The notes under the pieces are model-generated. The model had not been told where the DNA came from. It ran no database searches and was given only the letters and a program-made list of their open reading frames with translations. DNA of 62,055 nucleotides, counting the filler, from Candidatus Hydrogenedentota bacterium (GTDB taxonomy: Bacteria; JBFMHD01), in NCBI GenBank assembly GCA_040752395.1. It is 6 parts of 6 records of this genome, joined end to end, with 100 filler letters (N's around TTAATTAATTAA, not from the genome) between each part and the next. Parts side by side here need not be neighbours in the genome. Positions count along the whole stretch, not along the records: positions 24,080 to 31,983 come from JBFMHD010000128.1; positions 32,084 to 39,981 come from JBFMHD010000129.1; positions 40,082 to 62,055 come from JBFMHD010000013.1; 3 more parts are not named here. One strand, 5' to 3'. Positions 30,829 through 40,309 of the stretch are shown one piece after another. Made by a program: the position numbers and the translations under genes. Position 1 is the stretch's first letter. Each line of letters opens with the position of its first letter.

Positions 30829-31536
30829 TTATTTTAATCTGCCAACAGGCATAAGATATAAAGGTTCTTCATTATCAGGCAACTTTAATATCTTTTTTAT
30901 TTCCTCGTCATAAAATGCACCGATCGCAACTGTGCCGAGATTTAATGAGACTGCTTGTAAATATACATTCTCTGACGAATGCCCAACCTCAATATGAACA
31001 TATCTCATCCCCCGCTCCCCATACCTTTTAGTAGTTCGTTCATATATAGCTGTAAATATTAAAACAAAAGCCCCTTTTCTAACCCAGCTCTGACCAAGAC
31101 AAGCTTTACACAGTTCTTGACGTTTGTCACCATCAATAACTTTTATAAGTTTATGACCCAAAGAAACATATTTATATATACCTCTGTTTAAATCTTTTAC
31201 GTTTCCTGCTGCAACATAAATCTCAAGAGGATAAGTTGCACCTGCTGAAGGCGCTGCTCGTAAACCACGCCTTTTATCTGTTATCCCACCAGCTGACCAT
31301 AATATCTGTGAGAGAACAGAAAGTGTAAGTGCTTCATCTTTATAATCTCTTATTGACCTTCGATTTTGTATGGCTTCCTCTATTGATACATCGCTTGTAT
31401 ACCGTGGCTGTGGAAGATTTATATATATAGGGTTAGCATCTGTCTCAGCTCTATTTTTTGATGTTTGAAACACTATTAAAATAAATAAAAATAAACTACA
31501 AACCAAAAAACACGCTAATAATACTTTTCTTTGCAT
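30829..31536 (-). CDS. SagB/ThcOx family nitroreductase
   Basis: RRSIR, PSAGATYPLE, YGERG.RY, GAF.D; N-terminal TM. Confidence 0.88.
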   Translation of the reverse strand: MQRKVLLACFLVCSLFLFILIVFQTSKNRAETDANPIYINLPQPRYTSDVSIEEAIQNRRSIRDYKDEALTLSVLSQILWSAGGITDKRRGLRAAPSAGATYPLEIYVAAGNVKDLNRGIYKYVSLGHKLIKVIDGDKRQELCKACLGQSWVRKGAFVLIFTAIYERTTKRYGERGMRYVHIEVGHSSENVYLQAVSLNLGTVAIGAFYDEEIKKILKLPDNEEPLYLMPVGRLK

Positions 31537-31572
31537 AATTTAAAATTGTACCCCATCAGTTTTCAGCCTACT

Positions 31573-31975
31573 ACGGGTCTTGTGACCCTCACTACTTCGA
31601 AAAACTTCGCAACTCTAATAATTCGGGGTACAGACTACGGGCTACGGACTACAGCCGGCTGGAGCCAAAAGCCCAAAGCCTGCTGAAAAGTCTTGAGTCT
31701 TGAGTCTTGAGTCCCGAGTCCTGTTTTGACTCACGACTTGCGACTCACGACTCTTTTCATATCATCTTTAGTTTTTCATGCTTTGTGTAGAGCGCAAAAA
31801 CGCAAAAACGCAATAACCCAAGAACCCAATAACACAACAGTGTAGAGCGCAACCCGCGCTTATGTTGACTCTTCTTGAAAAAGTTCTGAGTTCGGAGCTC
31901 GGAGCTCGGCTCTATTATTACGAACTCCTAACTCCTATCTTTTTCATACTTTGTGCCTTTGTGCCTCTTTCGTTG
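31573..31975 (-). repeat. Long mosaic cassette (H-B..E'-A1-octamers-A2-B-C-D-E) capped by a 23-nt GTAG REP
   Basis: Shared modules; REP 31573-31595 is identical to 36221-36243. Confidence 0.93.
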
Positions 31976-31983
31976 TCTTAGAT

Positions 31984-32083
31984 NNNNNNNNNNNNNNNNN
32001 NNNNNNNNNNNNNNNNNNNNNNNNNNNTTAATTAATTAANNNNNNNNNNNNNNNNNNNNNNNNNNNNNNNNNNNNNNNNNNNN
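31984..32083. other. Artificial contig linker
   Basis: N44-TTAATTAATTAA-N44. Confidence 0.98.
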
Positions 32084-32184
32084 GCGAGCACTCGATGGCC
32101 GTTGTCAAGTTCAACTCTAAACATCGCATTGGGTAATAATTCTGTAACTTTTCCTTCAGCCTGTATCCCTTTCTCTTTAGGCAT
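32084..32184 (-). CDS. infA: Translation initiation factor IF-1 (5' part, cut by contig edge)
   Basis: Manual translation [33 protein letters not shown]; absent from the ORF track. Confidence 0.92.
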
Positions 32185-32355
32185 ACCCTATAATACTCCT
32201 CTGAAAAACTTTGTAACTATAATAATATCAAGTAGAAGCAAGATATTCGGTTATCGGTTTTAGCTTCGGTGTTAGGTGTTAGGTTTACCGATAACCTAAA
32301 ACCTATAACCGAACATCGAAAACCAAACACCGGACATCTGACTCCTGGACCCTGT
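32185..32355 (-). repeat. Inverted heptamer array (TTAGGTG/AACCTAA) plus module E in the infA leader
   Basis: ..ATAGTTACAAAGTTTTTCAGAGGAG-11nt-ATG. Confidence 0.88.
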
Positions 32356-32385
32356 TACCCTCTAATCAATAAATTTTAATCTTTT

Positions 32386-32414
32386 ATTATCATAATTTTA
32401 AAATTATATGTCAA
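32386..32414 (-). promoter_or_regulatory. Putative sigma70 promoter of infA
   Basis: TTGACA-17-GATAAT. Confidence 0.65.
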
Positions 32415-32469
32415 GATTTTATTAAAAAATTTTTTCTCACTCTCAATTTCCAATCTTCAATTTACAATT

Positions 32470-32489
32470 CGACATTCGAAAGAATGTCG
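32470..32489 (-). terminator. Hairpin downstream of tRNA-Arg (possible terminator)
   Basis: CGACATTC-N4-GAATGTCG perfect 8-bp stem; no clear U tract. Confidence 0.4.
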
Positions 32490-32565
32490 CTAAACATCCC
32501 TGTATGCTTTCCCTCCCATAAGGTCAGCCGAAAATTGCTTGTTCAAATCCTTCTAATTAAACATC

Positions 32566-32637
32566 CGCCTCTGGGAGGATTTGAACCCCCAAAGTCGGTT
32601 CCGAAGACCGACGTGATATCCGTTTCACTACAGAGGC
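32566..32637 (-). tRNA. tRNA-Arg (TCG)
   Basis: GCCTCTG/CAGAGGC acceptor stem, TCGGT-CTTCGGA-ACCGA anticodon arm, GGGGGTTCAAATCCTCC T arm; CCA not encoded. Confidence 0.92.
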
Positions 32638-32673
32638 ACAAAGTCCAATGCCCACTCTCTAAAAACAAGTGGG

Positions 32674-33321
32674 CTACTTAGTAATATAAATATTTATAAA
32701 TTTTATGACTTTCTCTATCTCAAAATCAAGAAGCTCAGATTGATTAAAATGGTTGTCTAAAACAACAAATGGTATACCGAGTTTATATAATTCGTCGTGG
32801 TCATCTTTAGCATAAGTGGATTCCATCTCTTCTCTGCTCACTAAATGATCATCAGTGCCAGCAGCAAGAGCTTGTTTATGACGTCTTACATTCCGCTCCC
32901 AGCAAATATCAAATGGACAGAAAATATAAATAATAAATGATGAGTCTTTTATATTTTCATCAAAATTCTTTTGAATAGAACGTACCATATCGGGTCGAGA
33001 AAACTCTAAAAATATTACCCTCCCGTTTTTCCTCTCTTTTTTAATATCGTCATTAACCATTTTTAAAAGTTCATCCCATATCTCTTTATTAGTCACAAGC
33101 CAGCCGCCATCCGTGGTTTTTTTAGAATATCTTCGCTTCTTACCCTGTTTTTCAGCTTCATCATCAGAAACAAAACAGCTATGTAGTTTTGGGAAGTCAT
33201 CGATGCGTATGACATCTTGAGCTATACCCTCTTTAATAAGACGCTCCTTTATTCTTCGATAAACCTCGGATTTACCGCAACCAGGGATCCCAAGAAGAAA
33301 TATCTGAAATGGCAGTTGCAT
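32674..33321 (-). CDS. P-loop kinase-fold protein of unknown substrate
   Basis: LLGIPGCGKS Walker A, IDD, ERNVRR lid-like motif; start 33321 after a truncated module E. Confidence 0.7.
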   Translation of the reverse strand: MQLPFQIFLLGIPGCGKSEVYRRIKERLIKEGIAQDVIRIDDFPKLHSCFVSDDEAEKQGKKRRYSKKTTDGGWLVTNKEIWDELLKMVNDDIKKERKNGRVIFLEFSRPDMVRSIQKNFDENIKDSSFIIYIFCPFDICWERNVRRHKQALAAGTDDHLVSREEMESTYAKDDHDELYKLGIPFVVLDNHFNQSELLDFEIEKVIKFINIYITK

Positions 33322-33348
33322 ATAGTACTCCTCTGAAAAACTTCGCAT
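33322..33348 (-). repeat. Minimal module E forming the whole intergenic gap and RBS
   Basis: TGCGAAGTTTTTCAGAGGAG-tactat-ATG. Confidence 0.85.
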
Positions 33349-34329
33349 TTATCCTACTTCTCTTATGATACCATTAAGATAATCTGTTTCATCTTTTAAT
33401 ATTTGCATACTCTTAACAAGTTCTTCACGTTCTCTTACTGCTGTCTCAACAACTATCAATTCCACCCCTTTTTCTTTCAATTTTTTTATTAAGTTAATTA
33501 AATTTTCTCGTTTCAAGGGTCCTTGTTGATAATGGAGCGGTGGATGAAATTTTGTTGTCTCAGGTATAAAATCATTAAGATGCACCTCTCCCTTTAATAC
33601 CTCGGCTGGTATCTTATCAATAACGCTTTCTGGTGGTATGGGGAGTTCTTCTGTTTCTTTAGCAAATGTAAACCAATGTCCGATATCAAAACAATACATT
33701 ATATTTAACCCCTTTTTTTGAAGTTTTAAAACAATCGGGATTGTTTCTTCGGGATGTAAATGAATTATATCAAAACGCGTATTGTTTTCTATATGTAAAA
33801 GAATATTTTTATTTTTGGTATATTTTGCAAGTGTTATTAAACTTTTTATCAAACTTTTATCAACCATCTTTCTATACATTCCTACTGCCTGATAAAATGG
33901 TACTTTACCTGGATGCATATTAACATAGATACAGCCGAGTTTACTTGCGACATCTATATATCTCTTCAGCAATTTAACAGCGAATCTTCTATCAGACTCC
34001 TGAAACGCGCAGATACTCTCAGCCACATAAGTGTAGGGCAGATGCAGAGAAAGCGTAATGTTATTTTCAGAAGCAGCATTTTTAGCGTTTATTATTTCTT
34101 CATCTGTCATCTCAAGGTACGGATTCGGGATGCCTCCATCAAGCTCCACATGATTAAGCCCTATCTCTTTTGCAACTTTTATCTGATATGGTATATCTCT
34201 TTTTGATTTAATCTGTATCATTGCATCCATATCAGGTACATCTAATTCGCCTTTTTCAAACCTGTTTTTGTTTTCTTTATCAAGGTACGGATACTCAAGC
34301 AAATTAGTAAAATCTCTACCAAGCCTCAT
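33349..34329 (-). CDS. Sugar-phosphate isomerase/epimerase / AP-endonuclease-2 TIM-barrel protein
   Basis: SLHLP, MHPG, IENN, FDIGH, VHLND, VET metal ligands; true start 34329. Confidence 0.78.
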   Translation of the reverse strand: MRLGRDFTNLLEYPYLDKENKNRFEKGELDVPDMDAMIQIKSKRDIPYQIKVAKEIGLNHVELDGGIPNPYLEMTDEEIINAKNAASENNITLSLHLPYTYVAESICAFQESDRRFAVKLLKRYIDVASKLGCIYVNMHPGKVPFYQAVGMYRKMVDKSLIKSLITLAKYTKNKNILLHIENNTRFDIIHLHPEETIPIVLKLQKKGLNIMYCFDIGHWFTFAKETEELPIPPESVIDKIPAEVLKGEVHLNDFIPETTKFHPPLHYQQGPLKRENLINLIKKLKEKGVELIVVETAVREREELVKSMQILKDETDYLNGIIREVG

Positions 34330-34616
34330 ATAATCTCCTCTGAAAAACATTGTAACTCTAATGATATCAAGTAGAAGCAAGAAGCAAGAGGCAAGAAGCA
34401 AGATAACGGAAGAAGTGAGAGGTGTCAGGACAGGCTACAGGCTACGGACTACAGCCGGCTGGAGCCCGAAGCCCGGAGCCTGAAGCCAACATATCATCTT
34501 TAGTTTTTCATACGTTGTGTAGAGCGCAAAAACCCAAAAACGCAATAACCCAAGAACCCAAGAACCCAATAACACAATAGTGTAGAGCGCAACCCGCGCT
34601 CATGAGTACTCCTCTA
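34330..34616 (-). repeat. Mosaic cassette SD-A1-octamers-A2-B-D-F-E
   Basis: Fills almost the whole intergenic gap; begins AGAGGAG-tactc-ATG and ends AGAGGAG-attat-ATG. Confidence 0.95.
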
Positions 34617-34620
34617 TAAT

Positions 34621-35994
34621 TTATGGCATTTTTATCTTAAGATATTCAAGTCCAAGCTCAAAAGCCTGTTTTTTATCCTCTTCCTCTAATGTTTGCTGTT
34701 TTGAAAAATTGTACATCTTATTTAAAATATCCATAAACTCCTTTATGCATACTAATAATGGTATATCAGTCCTTCTTATTTTACATTCTCCTGCTGTCGG
34801 ATGACCACCACCTGTTATCTGTTCACAGTCATTGAATCGTTTTTGCAGTCTTGTTGCAAGATTATTACAAATTTTTCCTACATGAACTTTGTCAGTCAGT
34901 GCCCTCATTGAAAAATGGATATTTTTATTTTTCTCAAGATTTACCATAACAAGCACAGCATCCTCACAATTATATCTTTTTGCAAGTTCATTAAGTTTAA
35001 CTGATCCAAGCATGGGGATAAGTGGGATCTGATTGCCAATGTAAAGAAATATTTTAACCAGGCCAAAATCGCCAACAGGTGCTGTCGAATCAACTAATAC
35101 CTTTGCCTTCTCCCAATCGCTTCTATAAAAATTCCAGATTTTCAAAGCTGTCTTTTTATCAGGGAGTATATCTATAAAATTTTTTAGAGTGCTAATTTTT
35201 TTTACTTTAGAAATATTTTTTCTCATATTGTTTAAGATATTAGACGTAAAAAACGGTTGATTTAGATTTTGCAAAGATTTATCTCTGTCATTATAAAAGA
35301 ACTGAAAACCACCGCCGCATAGAGCATGCAGAAATTCTGTTATTTGAGATAAAGTGCATGTAATCCCATCTTGCTTAATATCGAACCAGGTATCGCCCCT
35401 GGTCTTTCTAAAAAGCCCGGCAAAATTGGGTTTCACTTCATCTACAAAAGGTTGTACAAATTCAGCTGCAAAATCTCTAACTGGATCAATAGTCCAATCT
35501 CCCTTTAACCCTATTAAATTTAAGAAATCATCATAGTCTTCACGCATTCCCAGACCTGTTAATATCATATGTACAAGATGCGAGCAGGAACATTGTATCT
35601 GGGGATGAAATACCAGACACTTTTTAGGCATCCCCTGAATAAAATGATGGTCTATTATAATAATGTCTTTTATTATCTCGGTATATGTATCGAACCTCTC
35701 CTGGGTACCTTTATCAGTCACTATTAAAGCATCAAATGGTCTTTTTGTTTTTGCAACCGCTTCTTCTACTCTGAAACGTTCAAGTTCATAAGTTTCAGGT
35801 AAATAAATCTCATAATCTATATCCAATTTTTTAAAAATTTTTGTCATCAAAACCGCAGAGGTTATGCCATCAGGGTCATCATGAGAATAATAAAGCACCC
35901 TTCTTCCCTCCAGAGAACGAAACTTTATTATAGCCTCTCTAAAAATTCCTTGACCATATTTTAATTCTCCTAATATATGTTCGTTATATGACAT
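34621..35994 (-). CDS. DHH/DHHA1 family phosphoesterase
   Basis: HDDPDG, TDKG, IDHH, FSMR, GGGHPTAG. Confidence 0.8.
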   Translation of the reverse strand: MSYNEHILGELKYGQGIFREAIIKFRSLEGRRVLYYSHDDPDGITSAVLMTKIFKKLDIDYEIYLPETYELERFRVEEAVAKTKRPFDALIVTDKGTQERFDTYTEIIKDIIIIDHHFIQGMPKKCLVFHPQIQCSCSHLVHMILTGLGMREDYDDFLNLIGLKGDWTIDPVRDFAAEFVQPFVDEVKPNFAGLFRKTRGDTWFDIKQDGITCTLSQITEFLHALCGGGFQFFYNDRDKSLQNLNQPFFTSNILNNMRKNISKVKKISTLKNFIDILPDKKTALKIWNFYRSDWEKAKVLVDSTAPVGDFGLVKIFLYIGNQIPLIPMLGSVKLNELAKRYNCEDAVLVMVNLEKNKNIHFSMRALTDKVHVGKICNNLATRLQKRFNDCEQITGGGHPTAGECKIRRTDIPLLVCIKEFMDILNKMYNFSKQQTLEEEDKKQAFELGLEYLKIKMP

Positions 35995-36067
35995 TCTAAA
36001 CTCCGCTTCAGACTTTTCGCTTTCTAAGTTTTAGCCTGTTATTTGAAAACTTTTTAAAAAGCGTTAT

Positions 36068-36096
36068 TGTATATATAATTCTGATATTAATGTCAA
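36068..36096 (-). promoter_or_regulatory. Putative promoter of the DHH/TIM-barrel/kinase unit
   Basis: TTGACA-17-TATACA, or -19-TACAAT. Confidence 0.5.
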
Positions 36097-36109
36097 TTAA
36101 ATTATAAAA

Positions 36110-36308
36110 GGCACAGAGGCACAAAGCAGGCTACAGACTACGGGCTACTGGCTCCAGCCGGCTGGAGCCTGAAGCCTGGAGCAGGGAGACTGAAAAGCCC
36201 GAAGTCTGAAGGTCTAAAAAACGGGTCTTGTGACCCTCACTACATTAATATATTATTATTATTGAAATTACAAAAAATAAAAAATGTAGTGAGCATCTTT
36301 AGATGCGA
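36110..36308. repeat. Modules H and D plus a divergent pair of GTAG REP-like hairpins (36221-36243 and 36286-36308)
   Basis: GGCTCCAGCCGGCTGGAGCC perfect palindrome; GTAGTGA-stem5-loop4-stem5. Confidence 0.85.
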
Positions 36309-36335
36309 TGACCGGGTTTTCCAGAGACCTCTACA

Positions 36336-36971
36336 ATGAAATTACTTAAAAAAGGTAGTGCTACAAAATCAGATGTTTATATATCAACATTAAACAATAA
36401 AATTGTTATTATTAAATCCTTTAAAAATAAATACTGGTTTATAAAATATACTTATGGCTGGCTTGTGTTAAACAGAGAATATAAAATATTAAAGAGACTT
36501 AAAAATATTCAGGGTATCCCTGAAATTATAGATTTTAATGATTTTCAATTACTCGAGACTTATATCCCGGGTAAATCTTTCGCTACATTGTATATAGAAA
36601 AAAAGAGTCTCCCGGCTTCTGTCTTTAATATTATCTATAAAATAGTAGACGAGATACATAAGCGCCGTATCGTCCATCTTGACTTACGTCTGTCCAGCAA
36701 TTATCTACTTGGTGATGACGGCCTACCTTATATATTAGACTTTAATACCTGTTTATATATACCTCATCTGCCGATAATAGGTAACTTAATCTTAAACCTT
36801 TTAAAAAAGATTGATTATTCAGGTATAATCAAAATGAAATACGAGTTCTGCCCGGATGCCATAACAGAAAAAGAGAAGATACTATTTCAGAGAATAAGCA
36901 GATTCAGGTTATTATGGTTATTTACGCCGAGAGGCACGGATGTTGTGGAGAAAAAAGAATGTTGCCATTAA
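36336..36971 (+). CDS. RIO/Kdo-like protein kinase fold protein
   Basis: IIKSF, REY..L, VHLDL...N, ILDF. Confidence 0.72.
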   Translation: MKLLKKGSATKSDVYISTLNNKIVIIKSFKNKYWFIKYTYGWLVLNREYKILKRLKNIQGIPEIIDFNDFQLLETYIPGKSFATLYIEKKSLPASVFNIIYKIVDEIHKRRIVHLDLRLSSNYLLGDDGLPYILDFNTCLYIPHLPIIGNLILNLLKKIDYSGIIKMKYEFCPDAITEKEKILFQRISRFRLLWLFTPRGTDVVEKKECCH

Positions 36972-37648
36972 AAGATACCATCCCTCATAAAAAATATCCT
37001 GTAATAAATATATCAATAATTATCATTAATACTTTATTTTTTCTTTATGAATTATTATTACCCGAGGGAAAAATAGAAAGATTCTTCTTTCAGTATGGTG
37101 TGGTCCCTTTATTTTATGCTTATCCTGAAGTTATAGCCAAAATAGGGTGGGATAATCTATCAATCTCATTGTTGACATCTATCTTTTTACATGGTGGCTG
37201 GTTACATTTTTTGGGTAATATGTGGTTTCTATGGATATTCGGGGATAATGTTGAGGATTTCTTCGGTCATCTGGGTTATTTATTATTTTATTTACTTTGC
37301 GGTATAATAGCTTCGGTGTTTCATATACTTCTTAATCTCACAAGTACTATACCTACTATAGGTGCAAGTGGTGCTATAGCCGGTGTAATGGGTTCATACT
37401 TTCTATTGTATCCACGTTCACGCATAATTACCCTGATACCATTTTTTGTATTCTGGGACATAATCGAGTTACCTGCTTTCTTATTTCTTGGTTTATGGTT
37501 TATTATGCAATTTTTCTATGGTACTATTTCAATCGGTTCTGATGCAATAAGCATAGCGTTCTGGGCGCATATTGGTGGTTTTATTGCTGGTTTTATCATA
37601 ACAAAAACCAGACTTAAAAAATATAAAAAAAGATACCATTCAAAATGA
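36959..37648 (+). CDS. Rhomboid intramembrane serine protease
   Basis: FLHGG..H..GNM, GASGAI, AHIGG. Confidence 0.92.
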   Translation: MLPLKDTIPHKKYPVINISIIIINTLFFLYELLLPEGKIERFFFQYGVVPLFYAYPEVIAKIGWDNLSISLLTSIFLHGGWLHFLGNMWFLWIFGDNVEDFFGHLGYLLFYLLCGIIASVFHILLNLTSTIPTIGASGAIAGVMGSYFLLYPRSRIITLIPFFVFWDIIELPAFLFLGLWFIMQFFYGTISIGSDAISIAFWAHIGGFIAGFIITKTRLKKYKKRYHSK

Positions 37649-38502
37649 GCAATAATCTATATATCTCTCGTAGAAGATTTATCAAAAATTTATTCAAAAT
37701 AGGGGTTTTTGCAGGGCTTTCAGTAACCGCTGTAGTCTATCCCATTAAAATAGAACCATTCTGGATTAAAATAAAAAAGATTTATCTTGGTAATATTTTT
37801 AAGATTAAATTCGTATTCATAAGTGATTTCCATTACAGTGATGTTGTATCTGAAGAATATCTTTCTTCTGTCTTTAATCTTATTATAAAAGAATCACCTG
37901 AATTTGTGCTTATAGGAGGAGATTATATCACAGGTGCAAACTCAAGGTATATTAATAATCTTACTCCCATAATGACTCCGCTTTGCAGAAAGATTAAGAC
38001 TTACGGCATCTTAGGTAATCATGATTATGAAATATTTACTTATTTTAAAAATCGCCATCTCGATGACGTACATATAAAGATATCAAAGGCCTTACTTAAC
38101 TCTGGAATGGATTTACTTATAAACGATAATAGAACACTTGTTTTTAATAACAACAAACTCACAATTGCAGGTGTTGATGATTTATGGGCAGGTAGAACTG
38201 ATATAAAAAAGGCGCTATCGAATACCCAAAATAATAATTTCAAGATACTCCTGTCTCATAACCCTGATATTATTCCCAGCCTGAACTCTTTCGATGATCT
38301 ACTTGTTTTATGCGGTCATACCCATGGTGGACAGGTTTACATACCCTTTATCGGATCTCCATTCGCACCTGTAAAGCATAAAGAATATATTTATGGTTTG
38401 AAGCAAAAAGATAATTTAAAAATCTACACGACCTCAGGTGTTGGTTATTTATGGCCTGGTAGATTCCTGGTCCGACCTGAAGTTACCATCTTCTATGTTT
38501 AG
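37645..38502 (+). CDS. Metallophosphoesterase (YkuE-like) with a Tat-like signal
   Basis: SRRRFIK; SDFH, GGD, GNHD, SHNPD, GHTHGGQ. Confidence 0.9.
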   Translation: MSNNLYISRRRFIKNLFKIGVFAGLSVTAVVYPIKIEPFWIKIKKIYLGNIFKIKFVFISDFHYSDVVSEEYLSSVFNLIIKESPEFVLIGGDYITGANSRYINNLTPIMTPLCRKIKTYGILGNHDYEIFTYFKNRHLDDVHIKISKALLNSGMDLLINDNRTLVFNNNKLTIAGVDDLWAGRTDIKKALSNTQNNNFKILLSHNPDIIPSLNSFDDLLVLCGHTHGGQVYIPFIGSPFAPVKHKEYIYGLKQKDNLKIYTTSGVGYLWPGRFLVRPEVTIFYV

Positions 38503-38509
38503 CCCGGCT

Positions 38510-38605
38510 CTCTCCTCTGAAAAACATTGTAACTATAATAATATCAAGTAGAAGCAAGATAAACAAACATCTGGTTTTTCATACTTTGTGCCTCTGTGCC
38601 TCTTT
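38510..38605 (-). repeat. Orphan mosaic cassette H-B'-F-E downstream of recA
   Basis: Complete E with GAGGAG but no ATG; faces a convergent gene end. Confidence 0.9.
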
Positions 38606-38716
38606 TCCTCTCCTTTAAAGTGTCTCATCTTAATGGGGAGCAGTATATATCATTCTCAAAGGGTTTAACAAATTTTCTTATGTTGCAGAAACTGTGCTAT
38701 CAAAAACCAATAGCTT

Positions 38717-39730
38717 TTATTCATTTGCTTCTTCTTTTGCTTTAAGATATTCTTCTCTTATCTTTTTTTCCATCTCATCTCGCAACTTTGTATCTTGCTT
38801 TAGATAATCTCTTGCCTGTTCCCTGCCCTGGCCTAATTTTGTATTTCCGTAGGTAAACCATGTCCCGGATCTCTGTATCATACCTGATTCTAATCCCAGA
38901 TCCAATATACATCCTTCTTTTGATATGCCCTCATTAAACATAATGTCAAAAAACGCTTCAGTAAAAGGTGGAGCTACTTTATTTTTTACAATCTTAACCT
39001 TGACTGTATTACCAACAGCTTCTTTATTTTTCTCAAGAGTTTCCTTTTTTCTTATTTCCATTCGCACGCTTGCATAAAATTTGAGTGCTCTACCGCCGGG
39101 TGTAGTTTCTGGGTTTCCAAACATTATACCTATTTTCTCTCGTATCTGGTTTATAAAAATAGCGCAGCAATTAGAGCGAGAGATAACAGCTGTGAGTTTT
39201 CGTAGAGCTTGGGACATAAGTCGGGCCTGGAGTCCTACATGCTGGTCACCCATCTCGCCCTCGATCTCGGCTCGCGGTACTAAAGCAGCGACAGAATCGA
39301 TTATTATAACATCAACCGCAGCGCTTCGAACCAGCATCTCAGCTATCTCAAGCGCCTGTTCCCCGGAATCTGGTTGACTAACAAGTAAGCTATCTACATC
39401 AACCCCTATCTTTCTTGCATAAATAGGGTCTAATGCATGTTCAGCATCTATAAATGCGGCAACGCCCCCAAGCTTCTGTGCAGAAGCTGCTATTGTTAAG
39501 GCAAGAGTAGTTTTACCGCTTGCTTCTGGCCCGAATATCTCTAATGCTCTGCCTCTTGGAACACCACCAATACCAAGTGCTATATCAAGGGTTAATGCGC
39601 CTGTAGGTATAGCCTCTATCTTTACAACCTCTTTTTTACCAAGCTGCATTATCGAACCTTTACCAAAGCGTTTTTCTATCTCTGATAATGCGAGCTGCAC
39701 AGCTTTCTTCTTCTCATCTTTTTCAAGCAT
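38717..39730 (-). CDS. recA: Recombinase RecA
   Basis: [37 protein letters not shown]. Confidence 0.98.
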   Translation of the reverse strand: MLEKDEKKKAVQLALSEIEKRFGKGSIMQLGKKEVVKIEAIPTGALTLDIALGIGGVPRGRALEIFGPEASGKTTLALTIAASAQKLGGVAAFIDAEHALDPIYARKIGVDVDSLLVSQPDSGEQALEIAEMLVRSAAVDVIIIDSVAALVPRAEIEGEMGDQHVGLQARLMSQALRKLTAVISRSNCCAIFINQIREKIGIMFGNPETTPGGRALKFYASVRMEIRKKETLEKNKEAVGNTVKVKIVKNKVAPPFTEAFFDIMFNEGISKEGCILDLGLESGMIQRSGTWFTYGNTKLGQGREQARDYLKQDTKLRDEMEKKIREEYLKAKEEANE

Positions 39731-39970
39731 AATAAAACCTCCTCTGAAAAACGCTGTAACTCTAATAATTCGGGGTACAGGCTACGGGCTACGGACTACA
39801 GCCGGCTGGAGCCCGAAGCCCGGAACCTGCTGAAAAGTCTTGAGTCTCGAGTCTCGAGTCCTGTTTTGACTCACGACTTGCGACTCACGACTCTTTTCAT
39901 ATCATCTCCTCTGAAAAACTTTGTAACTATAATAATATCAGCTAGAAAGTTAAAAGTTAAAAGTAAGGGA
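39731..39970 (-). repeat. Mosaic cassette E-B-C-D-E providing the RBS of recA
   Basis: Two E modules (about 39905-39945 and 39731-39775); GAGGAGG-ttttatt-ATG. Confidence 0.95.
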
Positions 39971-39981
39971 AAAAACCTGTT

Positions 39982-40081
39982 NNNNNNNNNNNNNNNNNNN
40001 NNNNNNNNNNNNNNNNNNNNNNNNNTTAATTAATTAANNNNNNNNNNNNNNNNNNNNNNNNNNNNNNNNNNNNNNNNNNNN
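39982..40081. other. Artificial contig linker
   Basis: N44-TTAATTAATTAA-N44. Confidence 0.98.
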
Positions 40082-40200
40082 CATATCTTATATTCACTGA
40101 CAAACTTGAAGAAATATTTAAAGAAATGAATTATAAAGAGAGAGACGTAAGTTTAACACACACTGATACTTGCGCTCAAGCAGTAGTTGTGTTTATTTAG
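40082..40200 (+). CDS. acpS: Holo-ACP synthase, 3' end only
   Basis: Manual translation ..DVSLTHTDTCAQAVVVFI* matches the AcpS C-terminal motif; acpS-nnr adjacency is common. Confidence 0.7.
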
Positions 40201-40309
40201 AAGCAAGAGGCACAAAGGCACAAAGGATGAAAAACCAGTTGTTTGTTTATCTTGCTTCTTGCTTCTACTTGATATCATTAGAGTTACAATGTTTTTCAGA
40301 GGAGTGAAT
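40201..40309 (+). repeat. Mosaic cassette H-B'-F-E providing the RBS of nnr
   Basis: Fills the whole acpS-nnr gap; ..TTTTTCAGAGGAG-tgaat-ATG. Confidence 0.95.

Noticed and set aside
39731-39981. LexA box upstream of recA
   Set aside because: The upstream DNA is generic cassette sequence shared with non-SOS genes, and I recognise no SOS box.
7945-40081. TTAATTAATTAA palindromes in N runs at about 8-kb spacing
   Set aside because: Artificial contig linkers. The spacing reflects similarly sized contigs (7944, 7930, 7905, 7904, 7898 bp) placed in length order.
7814-40309. Shared N-terminal peptide (LDIIRVTMFFRG / LELQCFSEE) on several ORFs
   Set aside because: This is translation of module E in different frames. 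Family homology starts at the ATG after the SD in each case.
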